From IMG/VR virus record IMGVR_UViG_3300027987_000212, positions 96,001-160,000 of that record: a stretch of DNA of 64,000 bases; one strand, written 5' to 3'. Positions 1 to 11,100 of the stretch are shown here, piece by piece. Made by a program: the position numbers and the translations under genes. Numbering within the stretch: position 1 is the first letter of the stretch; each line of letters opens with the position of its first letter. The DNA comes from a virus. The notes beneath the pieces were generated by a model. It was not told the origin of the DNA, made no database searches, and saw only the letters and a list, made by a program, of their open reading frames with translations.

Positions 1-220
1 TCGTATCCAGCCTTCCTGGGTTGGGTGCCTTCACGTAGTCCTTCTTCGGACCGCTGTACTTCGCTTTCGCCGCCGCACGTCCCTCAGTTGTGCCGTACCC
101 CTTTGGTGTCTTGCCCAGCTTGTGCGCTTGCTGAGTAGCGACGGCGAACGCCGTTGACTTCGACATGTCGGGGTTCTTGGCGAGCAAGTGCTTCGCCCTT
201 TCATGAATCCATGCGGGCAT
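1..220 (-). CDS. Hypothetical basic protein, truncated by the window edge (MPAWIHERAKHLLAKNPDMSKSTAFAVATQQAHK...)
   Basis: Hand-translated. ATG at 220 with GAGGAGG SD, open to position 1. Not in the ORF track because no stop lies in the window. Confidence 0.75.
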   Translation of the reverse strand, partial: MPAWIHERAKHLLAKNPDMSKSTAFAVATQQAHKLGKTPKGYGTTEGRAAAKAKYSGPKKDYVKAPNPGRLDT

Positions 221-229
221 AGCGCCTCC

Positions 230-628
230 TCAAATACCAAGGGTTCTTCGGACGCGCCCGCGGCGATTGGCGGGCACATGTCCCACCAGCTCCTGCAAGC
301 GCTGCTTCTCGGCGTTGTACTCGAGCCGGTGGCGCGCCGCCGGCATGAGGCCGCCAAAGATGACGCCCGTCGCGGCACCCCCCGCAACTTCACGAAGGTT
401 GGGGACCAACCCGCGGGACAACTTCCCGGAGATGGCCCGATTCAGAAACCCCGCTGCTGGCCCAGCAACCGACCCCACGGCAGCCCCACGAAGTACTTGC
501 TCTCGCGTCGGCGCCGAGTGCTCGAGGTCCCGCAGACGCTCCGCACTCTGCAGGATGTCCTGGGGAATCGCCATAGCCGCGCGCTTCTCCAGGGCAGCCA
601 AGCACGCCCCGAATAGCCCCAGACTCAC
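230..628 (-). CDS. Putative internal virion protein with KxA site and glycine-zipper segments
   Basis: LEKRAA followed by GAAVGSVAGPAAG and VAGGAATGVIFGG. ATGA overlap with the upstream gene. Confidence 0.6.
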   Translation of the reverse strand: MSLGLFGACLAALEKRAAMAIPQDILQSAERLRDLEHSAPTREQVLRGAAVGSVAGPAAGFLNRAISGKLSRGLVPNLREVAGGAATGVIFGGLMPAARHRLEYNAEKQRLQELVGHVPANRRGRVRRTLGI

Positions 629-2583
629 ACCGACCCCACTGCCGGCGCAGCACGCCCCAGAAGACCCGCAGCCCGCCCAGCAAACTGACCCAGTCTCGGC
701 ATCACTCGCTGAGCAGCCGTGCCGACCGCGTCCTGCCCGATGTGCCCCGCCGTCTCGCCCAGGGCAGAGAGGGCCGGCGCGAGCTTGCCGCCCAAAACCC
801 CCGCCGCGCTCAGCGGGATGTGCGCCGCCGCCCCCAAAGCACCGACCGAGCCAATCTCGCCAACCAAGCCAGCCTTACCCGCATGTTGTACCATACCTGA
901 CCCTATACGCCTGGCCACATTGGAGCCGGTACCCTGCAGCTCTTTTCCGACACCCCGAGTGAATCCCTCGATGGCGCCCCCAAGTGGTACCCCCAACGGG
1001 TTCAACGCCTTCTTCAAACCACTGGAGTGCTGAAGGTGGTGGCCAGCTGCATGCGCTGTCTCCCCCGCGACGCGGTGGGCGACTGACGTCGGACGAATCT
1101 GCCGAGCTACTGCGCTCTCACCCGCGCTCAGCCCCTTGGTGACGGGACCCCGGAGCATCGCGCCACCCTCCGCCAGCCCCTTCCCCAAACCGCCGTGCCC
1201 CCAAGCCCCTCGCAACTCTGCCGGGCGAGCAAACCGCGAAGCCAGTGACCGAAGGGCCTCGCGGAATGCCTCCTTGTCTTGTTCAGCAAGCTTGTCTAGC
1301 TCACCAAAGAAGCCCAAGTACCTGTCACCCGCGTGCGCTCGGTAGTCCGTAGTCACGAAGGCCATCTTACCTTCAGTACTGGGGGGAAGGGCACTGATGT
1401 CACTGAGTACTACGTGCGGCCCCTCTATGCGCACACGCTCAGCAGGGTTTGGGGAAAGGTTCTTGGTCGGCACGTCTCCCTGCTTAGCGTACTTGGATAC
1501 CTGTTGCGGCCCCGCTGATAAGAACGGGTCTGCTGGTACCGTAGCCGCGCTAGTCTGCCGTTCCTCCACGAAAGGCGCCGTACGCACGATGTCTCGGTCG
1601 GGTACATCGCCCCGACGCTTCGGCGGTGGACGCCTACCCTCTACCCTGCTCGGTTCTTCGCCCGCACCCCACTCCAGCAAGGCCTGCCCCGGCATCGCGG
1701 AGATTTTGACCAGCTTCTTCCCAGACGCTACCTGTTGCTTGAGAGAGTCCATGGACACACGCACCACCTTCCCAATGAGAGACGGGTCATCGTAGTGCTT
1801 CAGTATCGCCTTGCGGGCATCGTCCCGCCCGGCAAATCCAAGCATGACCGTGTCTTCGTCGTACTTCCCCGACGGCGTCTTCTGCCGAACCACGAAAGCA
1901 TCCGGCGCCGACCGGTCAGGCCCAACGTACGCATCGACCTCATCCCCATCTGCACCCTTCGTTCCGCGGATGTACCCGTAGGGTAGCTTGAACTTCGTCC
2001 GCCACTTGGAGCCGTCATCGTTGGTACCCTCACGCACGGAGCCTTTGCGGTTCTCGATGTCGACAGTGAGGCCCTGGAACTTCGTACGCCCTTGAAGCTT
2101 GAACCCATCCTTGTTAGTTCCCAAAGAGGACGCGTACTTCAAACTCCCATCAGAATTCTCGCCGCGCCGCTCCAGCAATCGACGCCAACGCGTTTGGAGA
2201 CTAGCAGCAACAGCTTCTTTACCTCTCTCCATCTTCTTCAGCTTGGTGTAGTACCCGGGGTCTTCCGTTAGGTGGTCCATCGTTATCTCTCGCGCCAAAG
2301 CTGGTCGACTAGTATGTTCACTCTCGACACGCATACCTTGACGCAATGATGCTGCGCTAAAGTCACCCGGCTTCTTCTTGTCCGCCAAACCTCCAGGAAG
2401 TAGGTCAGCACCTAGCTTCGGACTCACCTCCGACGCATCCGCAGTTACTTGACCCACCGAACGTTTGAACAAGGTACCCTCCTTATCCTTGCGGAGGAGA
2501 GTCGACACACGCATTGGTCTTCGTCCGCGCCGACTTTGGGCCAAGGTGTACTGTGTTTTCGACGCGGCGTCTTTGAACATCAC
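625..2583 (-). CDS. Multidomain putative virion polyprotein: DUF5661-like domain, inorganic-pyrophosphatase-like (InPase, polyvalent-protein type) domain, Gly/Ala-rich C-terminus
   Basis: GMRVESEHT...EITMDHLTEDPGYYTKLKKME (DUF5661-like). GLTVDIENRKGSVREG...YGYIRGTKGADGDEVDAYVGP...YDEDTVMLGF (InPase-like). Eight K-x-A motifs. Confidence 0.75.
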   Translation of the reverse strand: MMFKDAASKTQYTLAQSRRGRRPMRVSTLLRKDKEGTLFKRSVGQVTADASEVSPKLGADLLPGGLADKKKPGDFSAASLRQGMRVESEHTSRPALAREITMDHLTEDPGYYTKLKKMERGKEAVAASLQTRWRRLLERRGENSDGSLKYASSLGTNKDGFKLQGRTKFQGLTVDIENRKGSVREGTNDDGSKWRTKFKLPYGYIRGTKGADGDEVDAYVGPDRSAPDAFVVRQKTPSGKYDEDTVMLGFAGRDDARKAILKHYDDPSLIGKVVRVSMDSLKQQVASGKKLVKISAMPGQALLEWGAGEEPSRVEGRRPPPKRRGDVPDRDIVRTAPFVEERQTSAATVPADPFLSAGPQQVSKYAKQGDVPTKNLSPNPAERVRIEGPHVVLSDISALPPSTEGKMAFVTTDYRAHAGDRYLGFFGELDKLAEQDKEAFREALRSLASRFARPAELRGAWGHGGLGKGLAEGGAMLRGPVTKGLSAGESAVARQIRPTSVAHRVAGETAHAAGHHLQHSSGLKKALNPLGVPLGGAIEGFTRGVGKELQGTGSNVARRIGSGMVQHAGKAGLVGEIGSVGALGAAAHIPLSAAGVLGGKLAPALSALGETAGHIGQDAVGTAAQRVMPRLGQFAGRAAGLLGRAAPAVGSV

Positions 2584-2828
2584 ATCCTCTTCAGGTAATC
2601 CTGCACACCTACCGCTATCTCTGCCGCACGACGTGGGTCACGCGTGGCTACATTGGTTATCTGCGTCAAGGCAGGTAAGTCTTGCGGCTGAAGACCTCGA
2701 GCAAGCGCTTGTCGTGTCAGAGCGCTCACAACACTGCTTGCCGAGAAGTGGTCAACATCGAGGGCTGCGGGAGGGATAGAGCTCATGCACATAGTTGTAC
2801 CACCCCAACTTAGTGCTGCGGAAGTCAC
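2580..2828 (-). CDS. Hypothetical protein
   Basis: Fills the gap with 4-nt overlaps at both ends. The start may be an internal Met. Confidence 0.55.
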   Translation of the reverse strand: MTSAALSWGGTTMCMSSIPPAALDVDHFSASSVVSALTRQALARGLQPQDLPALTQITNVATRDPRRAAEIAVGVQDYLKRM

Positions 2829-5800
2829 CCCAACAATCCACGAGAGAACAGCAAGGCAGACAAGTACGCCTGCACCTGTCGTTGCTTACGCCCACGCGTA
2901 TCACCACGCTGGGCAACTGTACTACCTCGCTTGATACCCAGCACGTTTTCAATATCTGGACCTACAAGCCCAAACAAGTCATCGTACGGACCGAATGCCC
3001 TAGAGTGGAAACCCTCGATGCCCGAAAGTACGGCTGAGCCGTCAGAGTTGAACACCAGGTCACTGGTACCGAGCATATCGACCATCGTCGCGATGGGCCG
3101 CCACGTGTATGCACGAATGAACTCGTCGACATCCAGCCGTTGCTGCCTCACGTAGGAGTAGGTCATGACCAAAAACTCGGCGGCTTGTTCGATGGAGGAG
3201 CCCTCCTCTAGCTGCAGCAGTACCGGAGCGTCCCGTCTTGGGTCATCCCCAGCAGCCGCAGCAGCCGCCTCGTCTTGGGCTTTCTGCGCCGCTTCTGAAA
3301 AGCCGCTCAAACTAGCGCCAGTCGGGTCGGAGATAGTGTGCGGGTCTGTGATAGCCCCAATCCCGAACAGCGTGTTGTACGCCTCACCGATTTTTGCGGA
3401 GGACCAAACATCTCCGTACCACCCTGGCCGCAAGTACTCCTCCATCGGTAGGTCGACTTGCTCTTGGCGGTACCGCGGCACCTCCTCTTCCACCCGATAG
3501 GCGTTGAAGACCACATCACGGTCACGGTCCCCAACAATTGCCTCCACATCTGTAGAGCCCAGGGCGCTAGCAGACGTAGGAACACCAACGGGCACCAGCG
3601 GCACCTTGAACTGCGTCGTGTCTGCCACAGTCTTTCGCCGCCTACCAAACAAGGGTAAGCGTGCGGTACCTTCACGATTTGCCGCTGCAGAACCTGAGTT
3701 AGCCTCTCGTATGTACTGTAGCGTAACATCTGTAACGGTAGTGATGATACCGCCTTTCGGCCCCAACGAACCAACTGCGGGGGCAGATAGCGCAGCGATG
3801 TCCGTAGCACGTAATGCTGCCTGGTCTTGTTTCTTGTACGCAGAAGTAGACGCCTCGAACGTACCCAAGAACTCGACAGTTTCGTCTAACTGCCTCGGGT
3901 AACTGATGTTAATCTCCGTCCTGCCACGTTCCTCAGCCTGACTCACGGCATGCGAAACCTGCGTGAAGTTACCGAGAAAGTGCGTCCCCAGCAACTGGAG
4001 ACGCTCGGTTGTCGGGAAGCCCCGCTTCTCCGCTAGTTCATTGTGTGCAGCAATGACCTCTGCATCGACATACTTGTCGATAATCAAACCTGGACACCCA
4101 CAAGCAATGTACGGGTTGAACTTCCCGGCCACGCGCATCTGCCGCGCATTGAATCGATGCTTGAAGTAGAGGAAGTTGGTACTACGCTGAGCAAACCCAA
4201 CCTTCGTCGGATTCTGCTGAGTACCGGAGCGTGCTGCAAATACGTTGAACTCCCCCATCTTCTCGAACACGGGCAGAATGCCCGTGAATAGCTCATGGTC
4301 GAGCAAGTCGTTGCGAAGAACATCACGTAGGTTTGTCTGGTCCTGCTTCAACGACCGCCCTTGCGGCGCAAAGTAGAACTTGTCGAAGAGGAAGTCCTCC
4401 CCAAAGAACTCGTCGTTCGTCTTCAACAAAAATCGAGTAGGCTCCTGCAACCACATTCTCTGGTAGACAATCTGGTCGTAGTCCTCGGGGAATAGCACGT
4501 TGCACCGTGGCGGAGCCCCAAACCAGATGTCGGGCCTGAACACTTGCTGCATCAACCTAGCCGGCTCTTGCTGCCCCGCGACCGTAGTAGGTACCGTGTA
4601 CTGGGCAAGCCGCAACAAGTGCCCCTGAGCTGTGCTCAATGAATCGACTAGTCTGCTCTGCTCAGCACTGGGGGTCGCCAAGCTCCACCGGTTAAGCTGC
4701 GTCAGCGCCTTACCCAGTGCCGTAGCTGCTTGACTGAGAAGGCTCTTCGCCCCCGCGGGTGCGCGTCGACTCGCTGTAGTTGCCTGCGCACGGTTAATCG
4801 CTGTCCTGACGCTACCTACCCTGCCGCGCAGAGTAATACGTAGGGACTCTGACCCGATAGCTACCACCTCTGGTGCGGTCAGGTCTGACTGCAGTGTGCC
4901 GATGATGTCGCCTAAGGACTTTGCCGCGTTCTCCCCCAGTACCGCCAGCGGAGCTAATGTAGGGTCATCGGAAAGCTTCTTGCGTGCAGAACCACTAACT
5001 GCGTTGTCTTTCCCCGGTACGTACCGTGGGCAAGGTTGAGCATACATCTCATGGAAGATGATACCGGAGAGTGCGTTCACTGCTTGCCGGAAAGAAGTCT
5101 GCCCGCCTAGGCCACCCAGCAGTCGGCTAAACAATCCCGAATAGCCCTGTCGCGCAAGTATCCTACTCGAGGTGGGGTCTTCCTCGATAGCGCCAATCAT
5201 CTGCGTCAAATGCAGGCGCAGCTCAGCCAACGAAAAGAAGATGTTCTGCCCAGCAATCTTCTTCACGCTACCACCATTGCCACGGACCTGGTACACGCCT
5301 CCGATAGCTTCCAGTAGCCTGATGATGCCAGCGGACAGCCCCTTCATCTTCGGGTACGTGTTACACCCTCCTGCAGAGGCGAGCCGCGTTAGCACCTCCC
5401 CTTTGTTGGACAAGAAGTCGGTAAAGAGGTTGGTCGCCCCTCCCGAGAATACCGCCTTGATGCCTGGCCCGAAGATGCCCGTATTGCTCCACTGATACGC
5501 GTAGTCCCAGTAGTTACTAAGGTCGGCGCACTGCAGTACTAAAGAACGTTGCGACTGCGCCTTAGTCCACTGAAACCCGATGACTTCTCCTACGAACAAG
5601 CACTTATACCGGTCGTTGTTCAAGTCAGACTCAGCATTGACTAGCGCCTGCTGTACATCCGACGGCACCTCGTTCCTGTACGCCAAAGGGTCAAAGCCCT
5701 GTAGGGTCTTCTCATGCCGGGAGGGGCTCTGCTCCGACCGCCCTCCCATCCCTTTGCGTACCAAAGGACTCTTCTGCTCGTACATGTCCAAGAAGAACAC

Positions 5801-5968
5801 ATGGACTAACGTACGTGGGAGAAACCTAGTACCCTCAGCCAAGGGAGGTATTTGTATGGAACAGACGATAGGACTGTTTGGCGCCGTCTGCACGTTGGCC
5901 GCCACAATAGGCACTTCAATGCCTTCAAGAAACAGCCTAAGCCTAAGTCGTTGTCCGTAAGCAGTCAT
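2825..5968 (-). CDS. Putative baseplate hub / tail-tip protein
   Basis: 1047 aa downstream of the tape measure. N-terminal LRLFLEGIEVPI... and LVLQCADLSNYW beta-rich pattern typical of hub proteins; assignment mainly by synteny. Confidence 0.6.
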   Translation of the reverse strand: MTAYGQRLRLRLFLEGIEVPIVAANVQTAPNSPIVCSIQIPPLAEGTRFLPRTLVHVFFLDMYEQKSPLVRKGMGGRSEQSPSRHEKTLQGFDPLAYRNEVPSDVQQALVNAESDLNNDRYKCLFVGEVIGFQWTKAQSQRSLVLQCADLSNYWDYAYQWSNTGIFGPGIKAVFSGGATNLFTDFLSNKGEVLTRLASAGGCNTYPKMKGLSAGIIRLLEAIGGVYQVRGNGGSVKKIAGQNIFFSLAELRLHLTQMIGAIEEDPTSSRILARQGYSGLFSRLLGGLGGQTSFRQAVNALSGIIFHEMYAQPCPRYVPGKDNAVSGSARKKLSDDPTLAPLAVLGENAAKSLGDIIGTLQSDLTAPEVVAIGSESLRITLRGRVGSVRTAINRAQATTASRRAPAGAKSLLSQAATALGKALTQLNRWSLATPSAEQSRLVDSLSTAQGHLLRLAQYTVPTTVAGQQEPARLMQQVFRPDIWFGAPPRCNVLFPEDYDQIVYQRMWLQEPTRFLLKTNDEFFGEDFLFDKFYFAPQGRSLKQDQTNLRDVLRNDLLDHELFTGILPVFEKMGEFNVFAARSGTQQNPTKVGFAQRSTNFLYFKHRFNARQMRVAGKFNPYIACGCPGLIIDKYVDAEVIAAHNELAEKRGFPTTERLQLLGTHFLGNFTQVSHAVSQAEERGRTEINISYPRQLDETVEFLGTFEASTSAYKKQDQAALRATDIAALSAPAVGSLGPKGGIITTVTDVTLQYIREANSGSAAANREGTARLPLFGRRRKTVADTTQFKVPLVPVGVPTSASALGSTDVEAIVGDRDRDVVFNAYRVEEEVPRYRQEQVDLPMEEYLRPGWYGDVWSSAKIGEAYNTLFGIGAITDPHTISDPTGASLSGFSEAAQKAQDEAAAAAAGDDPRRDAPVLLQLEEGSSIEQAAEFLVMTYSYVRQQRLDVDEFIRAYTWRPIATMVDMLGTSDLVFNSDGSAVLSGIEGFHSRAFGPYDDLFGLVGPDIENVLGIKRGSTVAQRGDTRGRKQRQVQAYLSALLFSRGLLG

Positions 5969-7845
5969 TAGGGTATCGATAGTTTGAAGCCAGCACTCAC
6001 ACCGACGCTACTACCAATACCGAAACCACCTCCTACAGACAAAGTCAACTCACCAAACGACCCCGCAGGTGCGGGACAAGGCGTACCGCCCAAGTTGCTT
6101 TGGCCGAAGCCAAGTAGCCGCTCAGCCGTCAAGTCGGACCGCGCCTGAGCAGAAGACCGCGCGCTGCCTGTGACATCCAGAATCCCATCCAGCGACACGA
6201 CGGCAAATGCGGAGGGCTTACCCCCGATAGCAAACGACGCACCACCAGCCAGCCCTGTTGTACTGGCACCGATGCCAATACCAGAACCAAACACTGTGGA
6301 GTCTTGCCGTGGCTTCAAGAAACGTTCGAATGCACTACGGTTGTCTTGTACACCCGCCAACGTGAACTTACTCGGGTCTTTGAACCCTGGGTCCCCTGCA
6401 GCCCCCAAACCACCGCCGTAGCCGCTCCCACCAAATGACCCAAAGCCGGCTTGCCCAAACCCTGGCCCAGATACAAAGTCACTGCGATAGCCGTAATCGG
6501 CATCCCCTGCCCCCTGCACAAAGCGGTTGTCTTTCTGCCGTTCATCTACGACAGACCTACCGTACACAGCACCCAACGGGTCTTGTGAAAGACTACTACT
6601 GTAACTCGTGGTAGGTTCAGCCAACGCAGACAATCCGTAGCCAAACCCAGCACCGCTCTGCGGCTGGAAGGTGGCCCCTAGCTTTGCGTCTACCCGCGCA
6701 GATAACCCGATACCGCTCAGTGCACTGGGGGTATCGAGGTTTGCCCCATAGCAAGACAGGAATGAGATAGCCGCGAAGAACAAGTCCTCAGCCTCGAGCT
6801 GGCTGCGTATCGTCGGGGTCAGTGAGTTAGGGATACTCCCGTCGCCAAATCCGAAGTACGTGTTCCCGTCCTGCCCCACGTACTCATCGATGTTGTTTGC
6901 GATGAGACTACGCAAAGGTCTTCCAGACCGAAACACTAGGTCTGTCAGGTTGATGCCCTCGACTTGGTCTGCTACTCGATTGATGGCTGCCTGCACATCC
7001 GGAGCAACTGCATACGTAGGGGGCATCTCGCGTAAGAACGCGCTGAGCTTTTTACGCTGACCAATGCCTCCCTCATTGATGATGTCACGAATATCGTTAC
7101 CCTTGACGCCCACACTCTCACTGTTGATGGTATCGAGCGCAGCCCCCTGATAGTGCACCGTCAGGTCTTCCGCAGCCCGGCCGCCTGTGAGCTCTATGCC
7201 CGGTGGTATGTACGCGCTAGCTCGTATCGGGAAGTTGGGGTCCCCGATGAACGAGACATTTCGGTAGCTAGTGATGAACATCTGGAAGTTCATCTGCACC
7301 AAGAATTGCTCCGTACTCAGCTTTACGGCAGCGCAATTGAGCATGTACCCCTCTACGATGTTGTCGTCGTAGAACAGGTACATGCGAGCTCCCAGCTCAA
7401 CCAGCCGCGTACCTCGGAAGTACTGCTCGTAGTTCTCCCACCACTCTGCCTCCCAGTTGAAGTCGTGCGAATTGATGAGAACGGCTTGCACGTTCAAGAA
7501 ACGCGGATTCTCTCCAAAGAAATGGATGTAGGACGCACCAAACGTCTCGACAACTTGGTGCTTCTCCATTCGTTGCTCCTGTACTTGCTGCAGGATGAAG
7601 TTAGCGTAACCGCTGGAGGTCTTGCCATCAGGACTGCTCGAGTCGGTAAGTGGTATCTCCGTACCGTCTGCTTGAATTACCTTCACTGCCCCGTAAGTGT
7701 CCTCCTTGAGCTCGAGTCCCCGCGTCGGTCGACGCGCTACCCGGCGACCAGCCCGACGACTCCTCGAACCACGCGACCTCTTTGCCTGCTGATTACTCAG
7801 CACTTGTTCGAACGCATCAGTAGTAAGCTCAACGAAGACGGCCAT
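5968..7845 (-). CDS. Putative baseplate / tail-tube initiator protein
   Basis: QEQRMEKHQVVETFGASYIHFFGENPRFLNVQAVL tube-like N-terminal domain, positioned between tape measure and hub. Confidence 0.5.
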   Translation of the reverse strand: MAVFVELTTDAFEQVLSNQQAKRSRGSRSRRAGRRVARRPTRGLELKEDTYGAVKVIQADGTEIPLTDSSSPDGKTSSGYANFILQQVQEQRMEKHQVVETFGASYIHFFGENPRFLNVQAVLINSHDFNWEAEWWENYEQYFRGTRLVELGARMYLFYDDNIVEGYMLNCAAVKLSTEQFLVQMNFQMFITSYRNVSFIGDPNFPIRASAYIPPGIELTGGRAAEDLTVHYQGAALDTINSESVGVKGNDIRDIINEGGIGQRKKLSAFLREMPPTYAVAPDVQAAINRVADQVEGINLTDLVFRSGRPLRSLIANNIDEYVGQDGNTYFGFGDGSIPNSLTPTIRSQLEAEDLFFAAISFLSCYGANLDTPSALSGIGLSARVDAKLGATFQPQSGAGFGYGLSALAEPTTSYSSSLSQDPLGAVYGRSVVDERQKDNRFVQGAGDADYGYRSDFVSGPGFGQAGFGSFGGSGYGGGLGAAGDPGFKDPSKFTLAGVQDNRSAFERFLKPRQDSTVFGSGIGIGASTTGLAGGASFAIGGKPSAFAVVSLDGILDVTGSARSSAQARSDLTAERLLGFGQSNLGGTPCPAPAGSFGELTLSVGGGFGIGSSVGVSAGFKLSIP

Positions 7846-8111
7846 CAGATAATCACCGAAGACTTGATGAGGAAATCACGCACACTACGGTCTGGCGGCG
7901 TACCGTTGTACGCCTCTCCTGTTTGGATGGCAAAAGCAGCGGCCTTGACAAGGACCAGGTACGGGTCCTCCGGCAACACCTTGTCGCGCAGTACGAATTG
8001 GTAGATGCGCCCACCCCGGCGAATGTTGATGGGCACCTCAACCCTACCTGCGCCGCAACCCACGGGTTCAATGAAGGGGGTGGCCCCCGTCTGGTGTAGG
8101 AGTGAACGCAT
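7845..8111 (-). CDS. Hypothetical tail-module protein
   Basis: Tightly packed (1-2 nt junctions) in the tail operon. Confidence 0.65.
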   Translation of the reverse strand: MRSLLHQTGATPFIEPVGCGAGRVEVPINIRRGGRIYQFVLRDKVLPEDPYLVLVKAAAFAIQTGEAYNGTPPDRSVRDFLIKSSVII

Positions 8112-8112
8112 A

Positions 8113-11100
8113 CTACCCTAGTAATCCGCCAAGGAAGCCCCCGCCAGCGTTTGCCTCGGCATTCGACGTCTTCTGCCAAGTGTCCATCACAGCACTAGCC
8201 ACAGACTTACCGGACTTCTCGATTGCAGTCTTCAACTCGTCGAGCTTCTTGTTCCGTTCTCGGTCGAGTGGGTTCTCCTCTTCCTGCCGAGCCAACTTTT
8301 GCTTTGTTTGTGCTTCCTGGAACTTACCCGCAACAGCTGTGATTCTGCTTGCAGCCGTACCAGACTCGCCCTTCATCGTACTCTCGATGGCCTTCGTCAG
8401 GTCTTCGCCCACCCCACCCTGCATAGACACGCCTGAGCTTTCAGCCAACGCAGTAGCAATGTCAGACGCGCTCCGCCCTTGCTTGACCATACTTTGGATG
8501 TCTTTGGTGTCCAGTCCCGTACCCAGCGCACTGGCGATGGCTGCGATACCCCCGCCCTTGCCGCGCTTTGACCCCCGCTCGATGCGTGCCTGCAACGAAG
8601 CCTGCCCCAACAACGTAGACCGAATATCGCCGGTACCGGCCGTACCCTGTAGGGCGGCTGCCATGCGGCGCTTCTCGTCAACACTCATCCCCGACAACTC
8701 ATCCTGCTCGAGCCCAACCATCTTCTGAATCTGCCCAAAGATGGCGCTCCGCTCTGAGTCAGTTTGCCCCGCTGTACCGAGTTTGGCCTCCAAGCCCTTA
8801 CGTACTGTCGTACTCTCGAGGAACTGCTGCGCAGCAGTCTGACGGTCGTTCCCGCGGAAGCCAATAGACGCCATTCGGTCGGAGACATCCGTGGACAACT
8901 GCAGCTTGCCCGTCTCTGCGTTGCGTTGCAGCACCCCGCCACGACGCATGGTGTCGACTTGCTCCCGCGCTGCCGCGCCGTAACGCTCGGCTGCCTCCGC
9001 CCGCGCACTCTCTTGCCCTGCGGCCGCGACCCCGCCAATGCCTCTAGCGCGCCGACTTACCTCATCTGCGGTGAGCCCCGACTCCTTGGCCAAACGCTGG
9101 GCCACCGCGCGCTGCTCTTGCGGGCTCCCGGCGCCGCCAAGTTCTTGGGCGAAAATCATGCTCTGTAGAGCACCCTTGCGCCCCTCTTCCTGGTCGGTCA
9201 GCTCCCCCTTTCGCTGCAGCCGAGTGAGCTCCTTCTCGATGGACGCACGCGCCTCCCGGCGCACGCCCTCATTCTGGTCGAGCGCGCGAAGCGCGTAGTC
9301 CCGCCCCTCGTCGCTTGCCAAGTACTCCCCCGCGCCGCGCACGGCTTTCTCCGACAAGCCCCGGTCGGCATACTTCCCACCGCCCATCGCCGACGCAAGC
9401 CCCCGTAACCCCAGAGTTTGGGTCATGAAGCGCATGGTACGGCCCTGCCCCGACGTACCGAACAGGGCAGAGCCCACCGCCGAGTCCCGCTCGCCCACCG
9501 TCGAGAAGTTACTCGAGCCGTAGATGCCCTGCATCTCCGGCGAGGCAAACATGCTGGACTCCCCCTCAATGCCTGCCGACTCCGTCAGCGTAGCCATGAT
9601 TTGCGCGCGTTCCTCCGCACCTGCCTTGCGGTACCGCTCTTCGAGCTTGGAGAACTGCCCGCCTTTGTCTTGAGCGAGGCGCCCGAGGGCGCCCCCAAAA
9701 CTAGACAAGCGCTGCATCCCCTTACCCTCTACCGCGCCGAGCGCAAACTGCCTCCGAAGGTCGTCACCAGCCTCTGCCCCCAGCTTGGCTACGTCTGCGC
9801 GTCCGCGTAGCTCCGAGCCACCAGTCTGAAAAGCAGTCGAAACACCCCGAACCATGTCCAGCCCACGCTGCAACTCAGCATTCGTTCGAGAGGTACCCAA
9901 GTTGTACCCCGCTGCCTGATACCGGTCGGCGTCGACCTCTCGAAAAGACTCGAGGTCTGTCCGCGCCTTCCCGCCCAAACCAAAGTCAGCACCGCGTCCA
10001 CCTCCACCGAAGAGGCTACCGCCAACCCCAAGTGTGCGCCGCATTGCCTCGGCACCAGTCGCTCCGCCCTTCATGCCCGTCTCGTACGCGCGAGATACAT
10101 CCCTGCGCAGCTCCTTGACGTAGTTACCCGTGAGCTTGTTGATGGTACCTTCTACTAAGCCAGACATGTCCGTGTAGAAGTCCGCACCAACTTGCTGCAG
10201 CGTAGCCTGCACATCAGCTCGAGCTTTCTCGAACTTGTGCTTCAACCCTTCGATACCTGTGTGTGACTGACGCTGCTTCAACTTCTGTGCAAAGTCTTCG
10301 TCAGTTGCTGACTGCTTGCGCTGCTCCAGCATTGCTGGGAGTGCTTGAATCTGCTTCATCATCACATCGGCCTCATCGCGTCCAAGGCCTAGTCGACGCT
10401 GCATGAAAATCATGGAGCGGTCGTTACCCTCGTCCAAGTTCATCCCACGCTCATCCAGCCAGTTCTTCATCACCATGGCTGGCAGCAGACCACCAAAGCG
10501 CTCCATCGCAGCGCCGCGCAATCGACCTTCATTGCGAATGAAGTCTGCACGACCTACCTTCGACATGTTCTTCTGCCACATTTGGCGAGTCCGTTCCGTG
10601 CCGACGCCTCCGGACATGTACTCTTCGACATCGCCTTCATTGAGGCGCCCGCCTTTGCCTGCAACGGAAGCCAAGAAACGTCGCCCAAGCCCGCCCTTCA
10701 AGAATTGCGCAGTAGAACTCAACTGCTGCGTAGCCAACGCACGACGTCCTTCCGCCCCAGCCAACCCAGTAGCGTTGTAGATGTCCTCCTCACTCAAAGC
10801 ACCAGCCTGCTGAGCAACTCCGATGTTTGTCATCGTCTCGAGCCCAGCCTGTGCCCCCGCACTACCCAGACCGCCTATAGAGCGCGAAATCTGTGAACCA
10901 ATGTTCATCATGCCCGTCAACTCTGACGTTGCAAGACCACCAGCCCTAGCGCCGCTGCGAATCTTACGCGCAAACGACGTAGCCTGCTGATTGCCGAATA
11001 CGCCGCTTGAGCGCATCTCGCTCATCATCTTCTGCGCCTCTTCGAGGCTAGTACCCATCTCCGAAGCAATTTCCTTCAGAGACTTCACCATGGTGCGGAA

